From sequence record PZ445551.1: 64,000 bases of DNA. The stretch is one strand, 5' to 3'. Origin of the DNA: a phage. Made by a program: the position numbers and the translations under genes. Below are positions 25,610 through 34,788 of this stretch, piece by piece (position 1 is the first letter of the stretch; each line of letters starts with the position of its first letter). The notes beneath the pieces are model-generated. The model was given only the letters and a program-made list of their open reading frames with translations, was not told the DNA's origin and ran no database searches.

Positions 25610-26355
25610 TAGTCCTCCTCTAAAGTAGAATAAAATTGTAACGTATTTGAATCATCAAAATATGCAAAGGTTAAATTACCATTGAAGCAAGATCCTGTGT
25701 CCATATATACCCTATTACTGCTAATCACAGGTTTAGGAACATAAGAATGCCCGTGAAATACATAATCTACTCCTGAAACCCTAGGGAGAAGAATTCCTTC
25801 AAGTGCGCAATCTATCATATCACGATCCCACATTAAAGATTCTGTGAATCGAGAAACTTGCTCTTTATTCATATTCAAACAAAATGGCAAAACTTCTGTC
25901 ACTGGTAAATGTTTCAAAACTGAAGGATACCCACCGTGAATAAAGCCTAGTTTCATATTACGATAATTGACAACAAGTACAACAGGTAAATCTTCTAGCA
26001 TCAAAGCAAGAGCAGTTGCACCCTCTTCTCCACACTCGTCTAGAACTGTATGGCCTCCGTTCTGAAACCAACATTCGTAATATCGTCTATCACCTTCTAG
26101 CAACCCTTTAATCATCATATCTTCATGATTTCCACGAATACCATAACGATTTAGCTTTCTGGTGAATTCAACAACACAACGAAAATTCTGCTTGCCGCGA
26201 TCTGTAAGATCTCCTAAAGATACAACAACATCTTGATCTCGGATACCTAAAGTATTAACACCTTTCTGGTACAAATCAAAGCAACCATGTAAATCACCAA
26301 TAATAAACAGGTCTTGATCATCTTTTACACTAATTTCTTGATATACTAGCATCAA
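25609..26355 (-). CDS. Ser/Thr protein phosphatase (PPP/lambda-phosphatase-like metallophosphoesterase)
   Basis: GDLHGC, GDLTDRG, GNHE motifs. Confidence 0.8.
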   Translation of the reverse strand: MMLVYQEISVKDDQDLFIIGDLHGCFDLYQKGVNTLGIRDQDVVVSLGDLTDRGKQNFRCVVEFTRKLNRYGIRGNHEDMMIKGLLEGDRRYYECWFQNGGHTVLDECGEEGATALALMLEDLPVVLVVNYRNMKLGFIHGGYPSVLKHLPVTEVLPFCLNMNKEQVSRFTESLMWDRDMIDCALEGILLPRVSGVDYVFHGHSYVPKPVISSNRVYMDTGSCFNGNLTFAYFDDSNTLQFYSTLEED

Positions 26356-26678
26356 CTCTCCTCAAAATCCATAAGTATAAAGATATTAACTTTACCTTCT
26401 ATATTATGTTCTACAACAAGATCTGCAAATTCTTTGTAGGCTTTTTCTTCTATTTGTTCAATGTGAGACGCTACATCTTTGTATATAGCGTCACCATCTA
26501 CTTTAACAAGGAGGAATAGAGATCTTACTTCAATCTCTTTATTTTTACGGGGTAGAAAATCGACGGCTTCTTGTATACGCCAGCCGAGATACCCTGGAGT
26601 CCTTTGAATATCCTCCAAATGACTTTCTAAGATTTCCCTTCCTTTGTCTATTAAAGCCTGTTCTGTCGTTATTTTCAT
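26352..26678 (-). CDS. hypothetical protein (108 aa)
   Basis: track ORF. Confidence 0.5.
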   Translation of the reverse strand: MKITTEQALIDKGREILESHLEDIQRTPGYLGWRIQEAVDFLPRKNKEIEVRSLFLLVKVDGDAIYKDVASHIEQIEEKAYKEFADLVVEHNIEGKVNIFILMDFEES

Positions 26679-26688
26679 CCCCTTCTCC

Positions 26689-27261
26689 TTAATGTGTTAA
26701 TGAAACTGCGTAACTAAACACAGGTTCAGATATTACATCGGCTACAGTAATAAAAACGTCTTCGTCTTGAGTTGTTTCTACACGACATACAGTTACACCA
26801 TTCACCACGAATTCAACGCAATGTGGAATATCTTCACAAACGAAGGTAGTGTAAGTAACACCCAAAGCATCATACAAAGATTTAACAGTGTTTGCAAGTG
26901 CCGCAGTTTCTTCTTTTTCTGAGACAATGAATGCTGTAACAACAAGATTGTTTGCATAGTTTAGACTGTCCTCTATAGCCAATGATTTACAAGGTAGTAA
27001 TGCAAAATATTTACCTGGTTTAATCAGACCTGCTTCCCATTGATTCAAAATTGCTTGGGATGGTTTAGTAATATAAAACAGATTTTCACTTGGGTTATCA
27101 ATATTACTTCTGGCGATACAACGTGAAGGATTATTAATATCAAACACATGATCAAAATCTACACAAACTGGTAAACTGAAAGGTGTGAATTTTTTACCTA
27201 ATAATCCTACTGCTGACAATATGTTTGCTGTGCTTATCTTCCCGTTAAAAGCTAAACGCAT
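26689..27261 (-). CDS. hypothetical protein (190 aa)
   Basis: track ORF. Confidence 0.5.
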   Translation of the reverse strand: MRLAFNGKISTANILSAVGLLGKKFTPFSLPVCVDFDHVFDINNPSRCIARSNIDNPSENLFYITKPSQAILNQWEAGLIKPGKYFALLPCKSLAIEDSLNYANNLVVTAFIVSEKEETAALANTVKSLYDALGVTYTTFVCEDIPHCVEFVVNGVTVCRVETTQDEDVFITVADVISEPVFSYAVSLTH

Positions 27262-27272
27262 ATTTAACTCCT

Positions 27273-27476
27273 TTAACTAGCAACCGTAACTTCCGAACTT
27301 TCTTCTTTCGTACTGTCTACGATATGCCTGGTGGCAATATACGAGACTTGCCAGTTACCATCTGGTGTAGTCTCAATAAGTACCCTATCTACTTCGAGAA
27401 AATGCAAAAATTCAACCATCGCTCGCTTCGATAGGAATTGTTTTTTAACAGTCTCCTCAAAAGATTGAACTGCCAT
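27273..27476 (-). CDS. hypothetical protein (67 aa)
   Basis: track ORF. Confidence 0.45.
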   Translation of the reverse strand: MAVQSFEETVKKQFLSKRAMVEFLHFLEVDRVLIETTPDGNWQVSYIATRHIVDSTKEESSEVTVAS

Positions 27477-27485
27477 GTTTCCTCC

Positions 27486-28148
27486 TTATTTAATATTCAA
27501 TTTTGCACAAAGACGTTGTACCGCTTTGGCATCGAACAAACTCCCACGAATAGTTCTCTTTCCTGATTCATTCAGATGTTTTGCAATCGTCATATATGGC
27601 GTTTTACAAGCTCTGTATGCAACTAAAGAATCTTTTAAAGAAAGCGCAAACTCTTTTGAGCGTTTTGCTTCTTCCGTTTTCGTATAATCTGTTCTTTTGT
27701 ATTTAGGGTTTGCTGCACCAAGAAGCGTTCCCTTCGCTTTTGCTACTTTAAGGCTCTTCTTAACACGATCAGATATTGCACGAGCCTCTTCTTCTGCCAG
27801 AACTGCTAAAATATTTATTATCATATTTTCAGCGGAGGGCATAGTTGCTATTCGTACATTAATCATCTCTAACAAGGTTGCAACAGAAGCTGTGTTACGT
27901 CCAAGACGGTCAACCTTAGCAACAACAAGTGTAGCACCTGTTTCTTTGCAAAGATTAACAGCTTTTACAAGCTCTCTACGTTGCTTCCAATCGCCTTTAC
28001 CCGAATAAAACTCTGCAAAGCTACCTACAATAGTATAATTTTCTTGTGAATCCAGGAAGCGTTGGATATCTGCTTCCTGTGATTCTATACCATACTGGTT
28101 GCCTTGTTGTTTCTTCTTAGAAAGTCGATGATACAGTACAAACTTCAT
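27486..28148 (-). CDS. serine recombinase (resolvase/invertase family)
   Basis: RLSKKKQ catalytic-Ser region, VVAKVDRLGRNTASVATLLE, AVLAEEEARAISDRVKKSLKVAKAKG, C-terminal HTH. Confidence 0.8.
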   Translation of the reverse strand: MKFVLYHRLSKKKQQGNQYGIESQEADIQRFLDSQENYTIVGSFAEFYSGKGDWKQRRELVKAVNLCKETGATLVVAKVDRLGRNTASVATLLEMINVRIATMPSAENMIINILAVLAEEEARAISDRVKKSLKVAKAKGTLLGAANPKYKRTDYTKTEEAKRSKEFALSLKDSLVAYRACKTPYMTIAKHLNESGKRTIRGSLFDAKAVQRLCAKLNIK

Positions 28149-28205
28149 AATACCCTCCTGTTCTGTTACAGGAAGTATGCACTACCTTAACGTTAAAGTC
28201 AACAG

Positions 28206-28421
28206 TTAAGTAGTGGTAATATCATCTTCTTGAATATCAGGATCAACTTCTGCAAAGATAGCTTCTACAGGAATTTCTTCACCTGCTATTCTAGAAAGAA
28301 GCACTGAACCAATAGCTTTTGCGTGTTCTTCGGATTCCGCATAAACATTAGTCCCTGTGTCTTTTTTCTTAGTTTCGTTAAAATATACCAGATAGTAATT
28401 GTATGCCATTATTCTTCCCAA
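28206..28421 (-). CDS. hypothetical protein (71 aa)
   Basis: track ORF. Confidence 0.45.
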   Translation of the reverse strand: MGRIMAYNYYLVYFNETKKKDTGTNVYAESEEHAKAIGSVLLSRIAGEEIPVEAIFAEVDPDIQEDDITTT

Positions 28422-28660
28422 TCGTTGTTACGAGCATTTTCAAGAACCTTGACAACTTCTGCATACTCTACAGCTAAACCAGCACACACTTCAGCTTGTT
28501 TTGCAATTGCTTGTTTAAAGAACATAGCGATTGCAACACTCTGTGTTGTGTGAATGTTATCTGCTTTAGTTGATACGTGAAGATCAAAATCTTCTTCATC
28601 AAAGGTGAGTTCCATAGTAACAATAAATTTCTCGGTCATAAAAATGCTCCTCTTAAACAA
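28409..28660 (-). CDS. hypothetical protein (83 aa)
   Basis: track ORF. Confidence 0.45.
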   Translation of the reverse strand: MFKRSIFMTEKFIVTMELTFDEEDFDLHVSTKADNIHTTQSVAIAMFFKQAIAKQAEVCAGLAVEYAEVVKVLENARNNDWEE

Positions 28661-29162
28661 AATAGAAAGGTTGAGTTAAACCCAGCCTGTTTTTTGGGTC
28701 GTAGACGTACCAAGCATATGCTGTCTTATCAGTACCACCTGCAACAAAAGATGGTCGTTCAGAAAGAACAATCAAATTTGTTGGTGGATTCTGTTTATGG
28801 AATTCCCTTCGTTTAATAGACTCTAGGAAACCAAGACGCAACAAGTATATGCAAACGTCTGCTTCTTTTAAGCTCTTTTGCAAGAACTCAAGTGCAAGTT
28901 TGAATGGGGGATTTGTGATTATAATATCCGGCTTAGTATGCCATTCGTGGTTAAAATAATCTTTCCCTTCTTCTAACTCACAATATTCTGATCCTTCTGG
29001 AAAATGTTGATAAATTGCAGCAGCAGCGCCTTTACACGGTTCTGCAAAAATAAAACCTTCTTCTTTAAGGTTATTAAAATCTATTACACTAAATAATGCA
29101 TTTATACATTTTTGTGGAGTAGGATAGTAATCAGTTGGTGGACGATCATACTTATTTGCCAC
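28653..29162 (-). CDS. putative N6-adenine methyltransferase (phage Dam-like, NPPF motif)
   Basis: DYYPTP and IIITNPPF motifs; 169 aa. Confidence 0.55.
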   Translation of the reverse strand: MANKYDRPPTDYYPTPQKCINALFSVIDFNNLKEEGFIFAEPCKGAAAAIYQHFPEGSEYCELEEGKDYFNHEWHTKPDIIITNPPFKLALEFLQKSLKEADVCIYLLRLGFLESIKRREFHKQNPPTNLIVLSERPSFVAGGTDKTAYAWYVYDPKNRLGLTQPFYFV

Positions 29163-29580
29163 TACTTAAAATCTCCTCTTTTGTGATTTCAGGGTCTTCT
29201 TCAAAAACCATAATATCTCTTAAGAACGTTAATTCTTCCATAGATACTGGTATTGTATCTTCTTCTGTTTTTCGTTTACATAAATCGTCAAGAAAGTTTT
29301 TAAAGTTTTCTGACAAATCGTAAAATTTCAACAGTTGATAATCACAGGAGGAGATCCTATCTAGTTCTAACATTCTTTCTAAGATATTTTCTGTGTTGCC
29401 ATACAGCACACGAACTTCTCCGAAAGGGTTGACTGAGTATTGTGAAGTTCTGAACCATCCCTTTTTAGATACAGTGTAACGCTGTTCTGCTAAACTTTCA
29501 ATAAAATTTTTAGCTCTTTTACAGTTTTGTTCTAAAGAGTAGTAGGCTTTTTCTACAAAGGTTACAGGTACTGGTAACAT
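29152..29580 (-). CDS. hypothetical protein (142 aa)
   Basis: track ORF. Confidence 0.5.
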   Translation of the reverse strand: MLPVPVTFVEKAYYSLEQNCKRAKNFIESLAEQRYTVSKKGWFRTSQYSVNPFGEVRVLYGNTENILERMLELDRISSCDYQLLKFYDLSENFKNFLDDLCKRKTEEDTIPVSMEELTFLRDIMVFEEDPEITKEEILSSGK

Positions 29581-29620
29581 ATCTCCTCCTAATAACCCCC
29601 TTGCGGGGGTTTATACTAGA

Positions 29621-30274
29621 TTAATTATCAGAGGACACTTTATCAAGTTTTTCAGAGACTGTCAATACTTTTTCTTGTGATTCTTTCATTTCTGCTAAAA
29701 TACTTTCAGCTTCATCACTATCAGGATCACCAGTCAACAGCATACTAATTAGTTGCTCCTTGCTGAAGTTCAGAATATCTTCCGCTGTTAGCTCCAGTTG
29801 TTCTTCGATCTCTTCAATAAAAGTTTCACCGCCGGAAAAAGCATCTCGTAGTTTTGCAACTTCCATCGCTTCTTCTGGAGTTGCCCCTGCATCTAAAGCT
29901 GCTAAAGCAAAATCTGCCCCACTACCAACAGCATAATAATCTTCAGTTAAAGGATATGCTCGCGTGGGATTATTACCCTCGTGCATATAAATTTTACCGT
30001 CTGGGTGAACAACCAATGCCACAAATTCTTCATCTTCTTTATCAGGATCTGACTGGATCACCAAACCTGGGATTGTCTCTTGTGCTGCTTGGCATTGTAA
30101 GTTTTGTTCGAACCAAGAAAAGAAAGTCAGGATAGAAGACAGACGTCCTGCACCACCAACAAGGTAGTCCCCAATTTTACGCACTTTCTTGAAATTTAAA
30201 GTGTCTACACGACTACCTACTGTTACTTTACCGTCAGACAGAATTTTGTTACGTGTTGCAATAATTGTTGTCAT
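29621..30274 (-). CDS. HslV-like Ntn-hydrolase (proteasome beta-type) protease subunit
   Basis: MTTIIATRN (Thr2), KVRKIGD, GGAG, AVGSGADFALAAL resemble HslV; acidic C-terminal extension. Confidence 0.6.
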   Translation of the reverse strand: MTTIIATRNKILSDGKVTVGSRVDTLNFKKVRKIGDYLVGGAGRLSSILTFFSWFEQNLQCQAAQETIPGLVIQSDPDKEDEEFVALVVHPDGKIYMHEGNNPTRAYPLTEDYYAVGSGADFALAALDAGATPEEAMEVAKLRDAFSGGETFIEEIEEQLELTAEDILNFSKEQLISMLLTGDPDSDEAESILAEMKESQEKVLTVSEKLDKVSSDN

Positions 30275-30765
30275 TGTACTTCCTCCTGTAGTGTTTTAAG
30301 GACTGCTTTACCACCGCTTACATATTTACGGAGGTAATCAATAGCTCTTAGTGTTTCTTTATCCACAAGAATTTTATTAGTTCTTGTTAGTGGATGATTT
30401 AGTAAATCACTGCAATTTCTTACTAACATAGATTTCTTGTGAAAGATACTGCTAAGAAAAAGAAGTTTAGAATCTTCTTCATCAATCAGGAGTAATTCTG
30501 AATTAGACCCAGCTATATTTATTATACACTCAAACAAGCCTTCTTGACTATCAGATAATTCCTGGTAATATTTAGTTAGCCAATCCTCGCCTTTTAACCA
30601 ACTAAAAAACATCTGAACTTTTTGCAAAGTTGTCATGTTCTCTAAACGAAGAGATATTTCTTTTTCAATCTTGTCAATATAAATCTGTCTAAACTCATTC
30701 GGCTTAACTAAGCCAGCTTGATAGCATTCATCAATACCATTGCGATCAATCTCAATTAGCGTCAT
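30271..30765 (-). CDS. hypothetical protein (164 aa)
   Basis: track ORF. Confidence 0.5.
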   Translation of the reverse strand: MTLIEIDRNGIDECYQAGLVKPNEFRQIYIDKIEKEISLRLENMTTLQKVQMFFSWLKGEDWLTKYYQELSDSQEGLFECIINIAGSNSELLLIDEEDSKLLFLSSIFHKKSMLVRNCSDLLNHPLTRTNKILVDKETLRAIDYLRKYVSGGKAVLKTLQEEVQ

Positions 30766-30801
30766 TTAACCTCCATAACAGGCATCCTTGCCTTGTAATT
30801 A

Positions 30802-31554
30802 TTAATATACTTCCGTGATGAACTGAGACAAACGGGAACGTTGGTTATCAGCAGTTGTCATTTCAACATAACCAATAAAATCCACAATAGCTTCCCTTTC
30901 TCCTTCTTCATTAATAGGAACAACACGATCTAACAAATCACCTAACCCGTTAGCTCTTCGTTTAATTGCATATGTTTGATTAACATCACCCATAATGACA
31001 ATACGTGTATTAAGACCTGCTCGCTCAAGGAGAAGTTTTACTGTATTTGGTGACATAAGTTGAACTTCATCAATAAGAATAATGCTGTTATCCCACGTAG
31101 CACCTAGTGCATAGTTTGGAATATTAAGTTCAATTTTGCCACTTGCAATATCGTTTTCCAATTTATTTGCAGTCATAAACTGTTGGAAAATTCTTTTAGT
31201 TGATTCGTAGTGTGCTGCTAGTTTATCAGTCTTATCTCCAGATAAGAAACCAATTTGATCATCACCTACTTCTGTCGGGTTTTTAAGGAAAATCAACTTT
31301 CTGAAATCACCAGCTTTAAGCATTTGCAATGCTTTCCACAGTGCTGTTGTCGTTTTTCCTGTTCCTGCTGGGGCATTAACAATGGTTAAATCATTCCAAA
31401 CCATGCTTCTTACAATAGCTTCTTGATTCCCAACAGGGGTAAATTCATCAAGACGGTAATCATCATTTCCTACTGCTTTAGCCGCATAACGACTGGCACG
31501 TTTGTCATCATTGGCTGCTGATTGACGACGAGCCTTTGCGGTTTTATTTCCCAT
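30802..31554 (-). CDS. phoH: PhoH-like ATPase
   Basis: Walker A NAPAGTGKTT and PhoH-like downstream region. Confidence 0.8.
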   Translation of the reverse strand: MGNKTAKARRQSAANDDKRASRYAAKAVGNDDYRLDEFTPVGNQEAIVRSMVWNDLTIVNAPAGTGKTTTALWKALQMLKAGDFRKLIFLKNPTEVGDDQIGFLSGDKTDKLAAHYESTKRIFQQFMTANKLENDIASGKIELNIPNYALGATWDNSIILIDEVQLMSPNTVKLLLERAGLNTRIVIMGDVNQTYAIKRRANGLGDLLDRVVPINEEGEREAIVDFIGYVEMTTADNQRSRLSQFITEVY

Positions 31555-31571
31555 GTTTGCACTCCTTATAA

Positions 31572-31590
31572 AAGGGGCTTTCGCCCCTTT
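31572..31590 (-). terminator. rho-independent terminator after lysozyme gene
   Basis: GGGGC-gaaa-GCCCC then TTTT on minus strand. Confidence 0.6.
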
Positions 31591-31592
31591 GT

Positions 31593-32093
31593 TTAGTTAT
31601 AAGCGTCTAATGTTCCAGTTTTAAGTACCTGAATTACACGCTCTGCGCGATTAGGCGTTTGGCGATACCATTTACTTTTACGTAAATTTATAGAGGCTTG
31701 AGTATAATATGAATTACTCACTAAAGTCAAGCTATTTTTGAAAGATTCTGCACCTTTCAATCCCATTTGAAATACCATATTGATAATAGCCATTTTACGA
31801 TTAGGACTTACTTTATCGTAAATAGGAGATAATATGGTACTTGAATGGATTTGTTGTATCGCTTTCTTTACGTCACTTTCAAAGATTCTTCTAGCTTCCG
31901 CTTCAGTAATAACTCCATTGGTTTTTCTACCTACTAAGTTATCAAGAATGCGTATAGCTTCTGCTTTATCTTTGAGTTTTGTCAGAAGGTGTCCAATACC
32001 AACTGTCCAATACCCTTCGGTATCAGGATATACAGTTAGCTTTAGTCCTTCATCAAAACGTAACATATCAAACACATCAACTACTTTAGCCAT
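31593..32093 (-). CDS. T4-type lysozyme (endolysin, GH24)
   Basis: MLRFDEGLKLTVYPDTEGYWTVGIGHLLTK matches the T4 e catalytic E/D/T region. Confidence 0.9.
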   Translation of the reverse strand: MAKVVDVFDMLRFDEGLKLTVYPDTEGYWTVGIGHLLTKLKDKAEAIRILDNLVGRKTNGVITEAEARRIFESDVKKAIQQIHSSTILSPIYDKVSPNRKMAIINMVFQMGLKGAESFKNSLTLVSNSYYTQASINLRKSKWYRQTPNRAERVIQVLKTGTLDAYN

Positions 32094-32105
32094 GTTTTCC
32101 TTATA

Positions 32106-32249
32106 TTAGTCGCCCTCCCCATGATCTAGCTCTTGAAACAGTAGGTGTTCAGGAGACATTTCACGTTTAGGCTTCGTCTTTTTAGTTTGGGACTTAAGCT
32201 CTGTTGCCAAAGCACGAGAAAAGATTTTACGTTTCTGTTTACCTTTCAT
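32106..32249 (-). CDS. small basic protein (47 aa), not in track
   Basis: ATG 32249 after RBS ggag; Lys-rich. Confidence 0.3.
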   Translation of the reverse strand: MKGKQKRKIFSRALATELKSQTKKTKPKREMSPEHLLFQELDHGEGD

Positions 32250-32253
32250 ATTG

Positions 32254-32520
32254 TTACTCCGCAATCTGAGCCATGAATTCACGTAGTTCAGAAAAACCTC
32301 CTACGTGGGTTAGCTGTTCACCATCTTCCACAAAAATCTGAGGAAATGTGCGTGGTAGAACACCTGTTTTCTCTAAAACCAGATTCTGAATCTGATCTAA
32401 AGAATAGTCTTCATCTAAGGTAAGGTATTTAAAATCCTGTTCACGCTGTTCTAGTAGAATCTTAGCGTTAGTGCAGAAAGGACAATTTGGTTTACCGTAG
32501 ATAATAAAATTCATTTTCAC
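32254..32520 (-). CDS. glutaredoxin/thioredoxin-like (NrdC/NrdH-type)
   Basis: CPFC active-site motif near N-terminus; 88 aa. Confidence 0.75.
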   Translation of the reverse strand: MKMNFIIYGKPNCPFCTNAKILLEQREQDFKYLTLDEDYSLDQIQNLVLEKTGVLPRTFPQIFVEDGEQLTHVGGFSELREFMAQIAE

Positions 32521-33347
32521 TCCTTGTTTAAAAGTATAGTTAAAGTTCTTACAATACCGCTATCAACACTTCGCGGATTTAAAGTAGGATCTGTTTTTAA
32601 ATAAGATGTTGCTGGTCTGACTGCTTTTGAATTATAGGTTGAAGCAGATACAGGATTAACTGTAACAGATAAATCTATAACAAGAAATATCTTTCGTGCA
32701 AAATCATACCAAGAAATATAATCTGCACCTGCATAGTGTACAATTTTACTATTTACACCATCTTTTACAAGTTTAAAAATTGTTTCTGCAAGATCAGGTG
32801 CATAAGTAGGACATGATAAATGATCACATACTACATTAAATTCTTTTTGACCACCGTTGTAGCGTTCCAACATAGTTTTCAAAAAGTTATGTCCAAATTC
32901 ACTATAAACAGAAGCTGTTCGGATAATAAGTGCTGTAGGACAAACTGTTTGTACTAAAGTTTCACCTAATTGTTTACTATAACCGTAGGTGTTCAAGGGG
33001 TTTGTTTTACTATCTTCTGTACCAGCAACATGCCCATCAAAAACATAGTCTGTTGAAATATGTACAAACTGTATCAGTAAATCATTACATGCTTTGGCAA
33101 TGTTTGTTGCACCGTATGCATTAACATTTATACAGGTGTTAACATCTTCTTCAGCTTTATCTACTGCCGTGTAAGCCGCACAATTCACAACAACATCAGG
33201 CACATGCTGTACAAGACTATTCATAACATCTTTAAAGTTGGTAATGTCTACATCACTTGCTTCAATCAAAATAACATCTTCGGGCGCAACTTTTGCCAAA
33301 GACTGTCCTAATTGACCTTTTGAACCAAAGACTAAAAATTTTGTCAA
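32517..33347 (-). CDS. rmlD: dTDP-4-dehydrorhamnose reductase
   Basis: N-terminal GxxGQLG Rossmann motif; position after rmlC. Confidence 0.75.
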   Translation of the reverse strand: MTKFLVFGSKGQLGQSLAKVAPEDVILIEASDVDITNFKDVMNSLVQHVPDVVVNCAAYTAVDKAEEDVNTCINVNAYGATNIAKACNDLLIQFVHISTDYVFDGHVAGTEDSKTNPLNTYGYSKQLGETLVQTVCPTALIIRTASVYSEFGHNFLKTMLERYNGGQKEFNVVCDHLSCPTYAPDLAETIFKLVKDGVNSKIVHYAGADYISWYDFARKIFLVIDLSVTVNPVSASTYNSKAVRPATSYLKTDPTLNPRSVDSGIVRTLTILLNKE

Positions 33348-33898
33348 AATATGATCTCCTTTAGTGTTTTGGCTTCCTGATCTTTTTGTGACAAGATAGG
33401 TTTAAAATTAATATCATTAAAGATTAAATCAAAACCCCAATCTATATTGATATCTGGATCATTCCACGCAAGACTACACTCTGAAGTCGGATCGTAATAT
33501 TCTGTACATTTGTATTCAAAATCAGCAATATCACTAATCACAACAAAGCCATGAGCGAAACCAGGAGGAATCCAAAATTGTGTTTTATTCTTTTCAGATA
33601 AGAGAACACCTACCCATTCTCCAAATGTTGGACTACCAACCCTAATATCTACAGCAACATCATAAACTTCACCACGAACACAGCGTACTAACTTCCCTTG
33701 TGGGTTTTTCTTTTGAAAATGAAGCCCACGTAGAACTCCTCGGATAGAACGTGAATGGTTATCTTGGACAAAGTTTTGTTTACCTATGTATTGATCATAT
33801 AAAGCCTGATTAAAACTTTCTAAGAAAAAGCCACGTTCATCTCCATAAACGTCAGGTTGAATGATCAACAAGTCTTCGATTTTTGTTGCTTGAATCAT
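33344..33898 (-). CDS. rmlC: dTDP-4-dehydrorhamnose 3,5-epimerase
   Basis: cupin-type RGLHFQ region; 184 aa. Confidence 0.8.
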   Translation of the reverse strand: MIQATKIEDLLIIQPDVYGDERGFFLESFNQALYDQYIGKQNFVQDNHSRSIRGVLRGLHFQKKNPQGKLVRCVRGEVYDVAVDIRVGSPTFGEWVGVLLSEKNKTQFWIPPGFAHGFVVISDIADFEYKCTEYYDPTSECSLAWNDPDINIDWGFDLIFNDINFKPILSQKDQEAKTLKEIIF

Positions 33899-33910
33899 TT
33901 AATTCCCCTT

Positions 33911-34780
33911 TTATTTTAATTTAAGTAAATACTTACCGTAGTCTGTTTTACTTAAAACCTCTCCAGAACTTTTTACAGAGTCTAAAGTAATCCATTCATT
34001 TTTAAAAGCAATCTCTTCCAGGCATGCAACCTTCATACCTTGTTGCTTCTCTATTGCATGAACAAATTGAGATGCTTCCATAAGACTTTCATGTGTTCCT
34101 GTATCCAGCCAAGTGAAACCTCTTCCTAGCTTACAGACACGTAAAGCCTTTTCTTTCCAGTACATCTCATTTATATCTGTGATCTCTAACTCCCCTCTAG
34201 CAGAAGGCTTAACGCTTTTAGCTTTCTGTATAACAGAATTATCGTAAAAGTACAAGCCTGTAATTGCATAGTTGCTTTTTGGTGCTTTTGGTTTTTCTTC
34301 AATACTTACCACTGTACCTTCAGAATCAAACTCAACAACACCAAATCTTTCAGGATCATTTACGTGATACCCAAAAATATTAGCTCCACCATTCTTTTCA
34401 ATATGTTCTTTAGCAGAATCTAAAATGCTACCAAAACTCTGACCAAAGAATAAATTATCACCTAGCACAAGTGCTACAGAATCTTCACCAATAAAGTTCT
34501 CACCAATAATAAACGCTTCTGCTAAACCTTTTGGGCTATCCTGTACTGCATACTGTAGGGAAATACCAAAAGAAGAACCGTCACCTAGAAGATTTACAAA
34601 ATTAATTTGATCTTCTGGTGTTGTAATTATTAGTATTTCCCTAATTCCAGAAAGCATTAGGACAGAGAGTGGATAATAAATCATAGGTTTATCGTAAATT
34701 GGTAATAGTTGTTTACTAACCCCTTTAGTAACTGGGTAAAGTCTTGTTCCACTACCACCTGCTAAGATAATACCTTTCAT
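33911..34780 (-). CDS. rmlA: glucose-1-phosphate thymidylyltransferase
   Basis: [19 protein letters not shown]-terminal signature. Confidence 0.85.
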   Translation of the reverse strand: MKGIILAGGSGTRLYPVTKGVSKQLLPIYDKPMIYYPLSVLMLSGIREILIITTPEDQINFVNLLGDGSSFGISLQYAVQDSPKGLAEAFIIGENFIGEDSVALVLGDNLFFGQSFGSILDSAKEHIEKNGGANIFGYHVNDPERFGVVEFDSEGTVVSIEEKPKAPKSNYAITGLYFYDNSVIQKAKSVKPSARGELEITDINEMYWKEKALRVCKLGRGFTWLDTGTHESLMEASQFVHAIEKQQGMKVACLEEIAFKNEWITLDSVKSSGEVLSKTDYGKYLLKLK

Positions 34781-34788
34781 ACTCCTCC

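Noticed and set aside
27486-28148. Serine recombinase as evidence of a temperate lifestyle or prophage boundary
   Set aside because: No repressor/antirepressor pair, attachment-site repeat or host-like flanking genes are visible; the context is phage metabolism genes, so it is reported only as a recombinase of unknown role.
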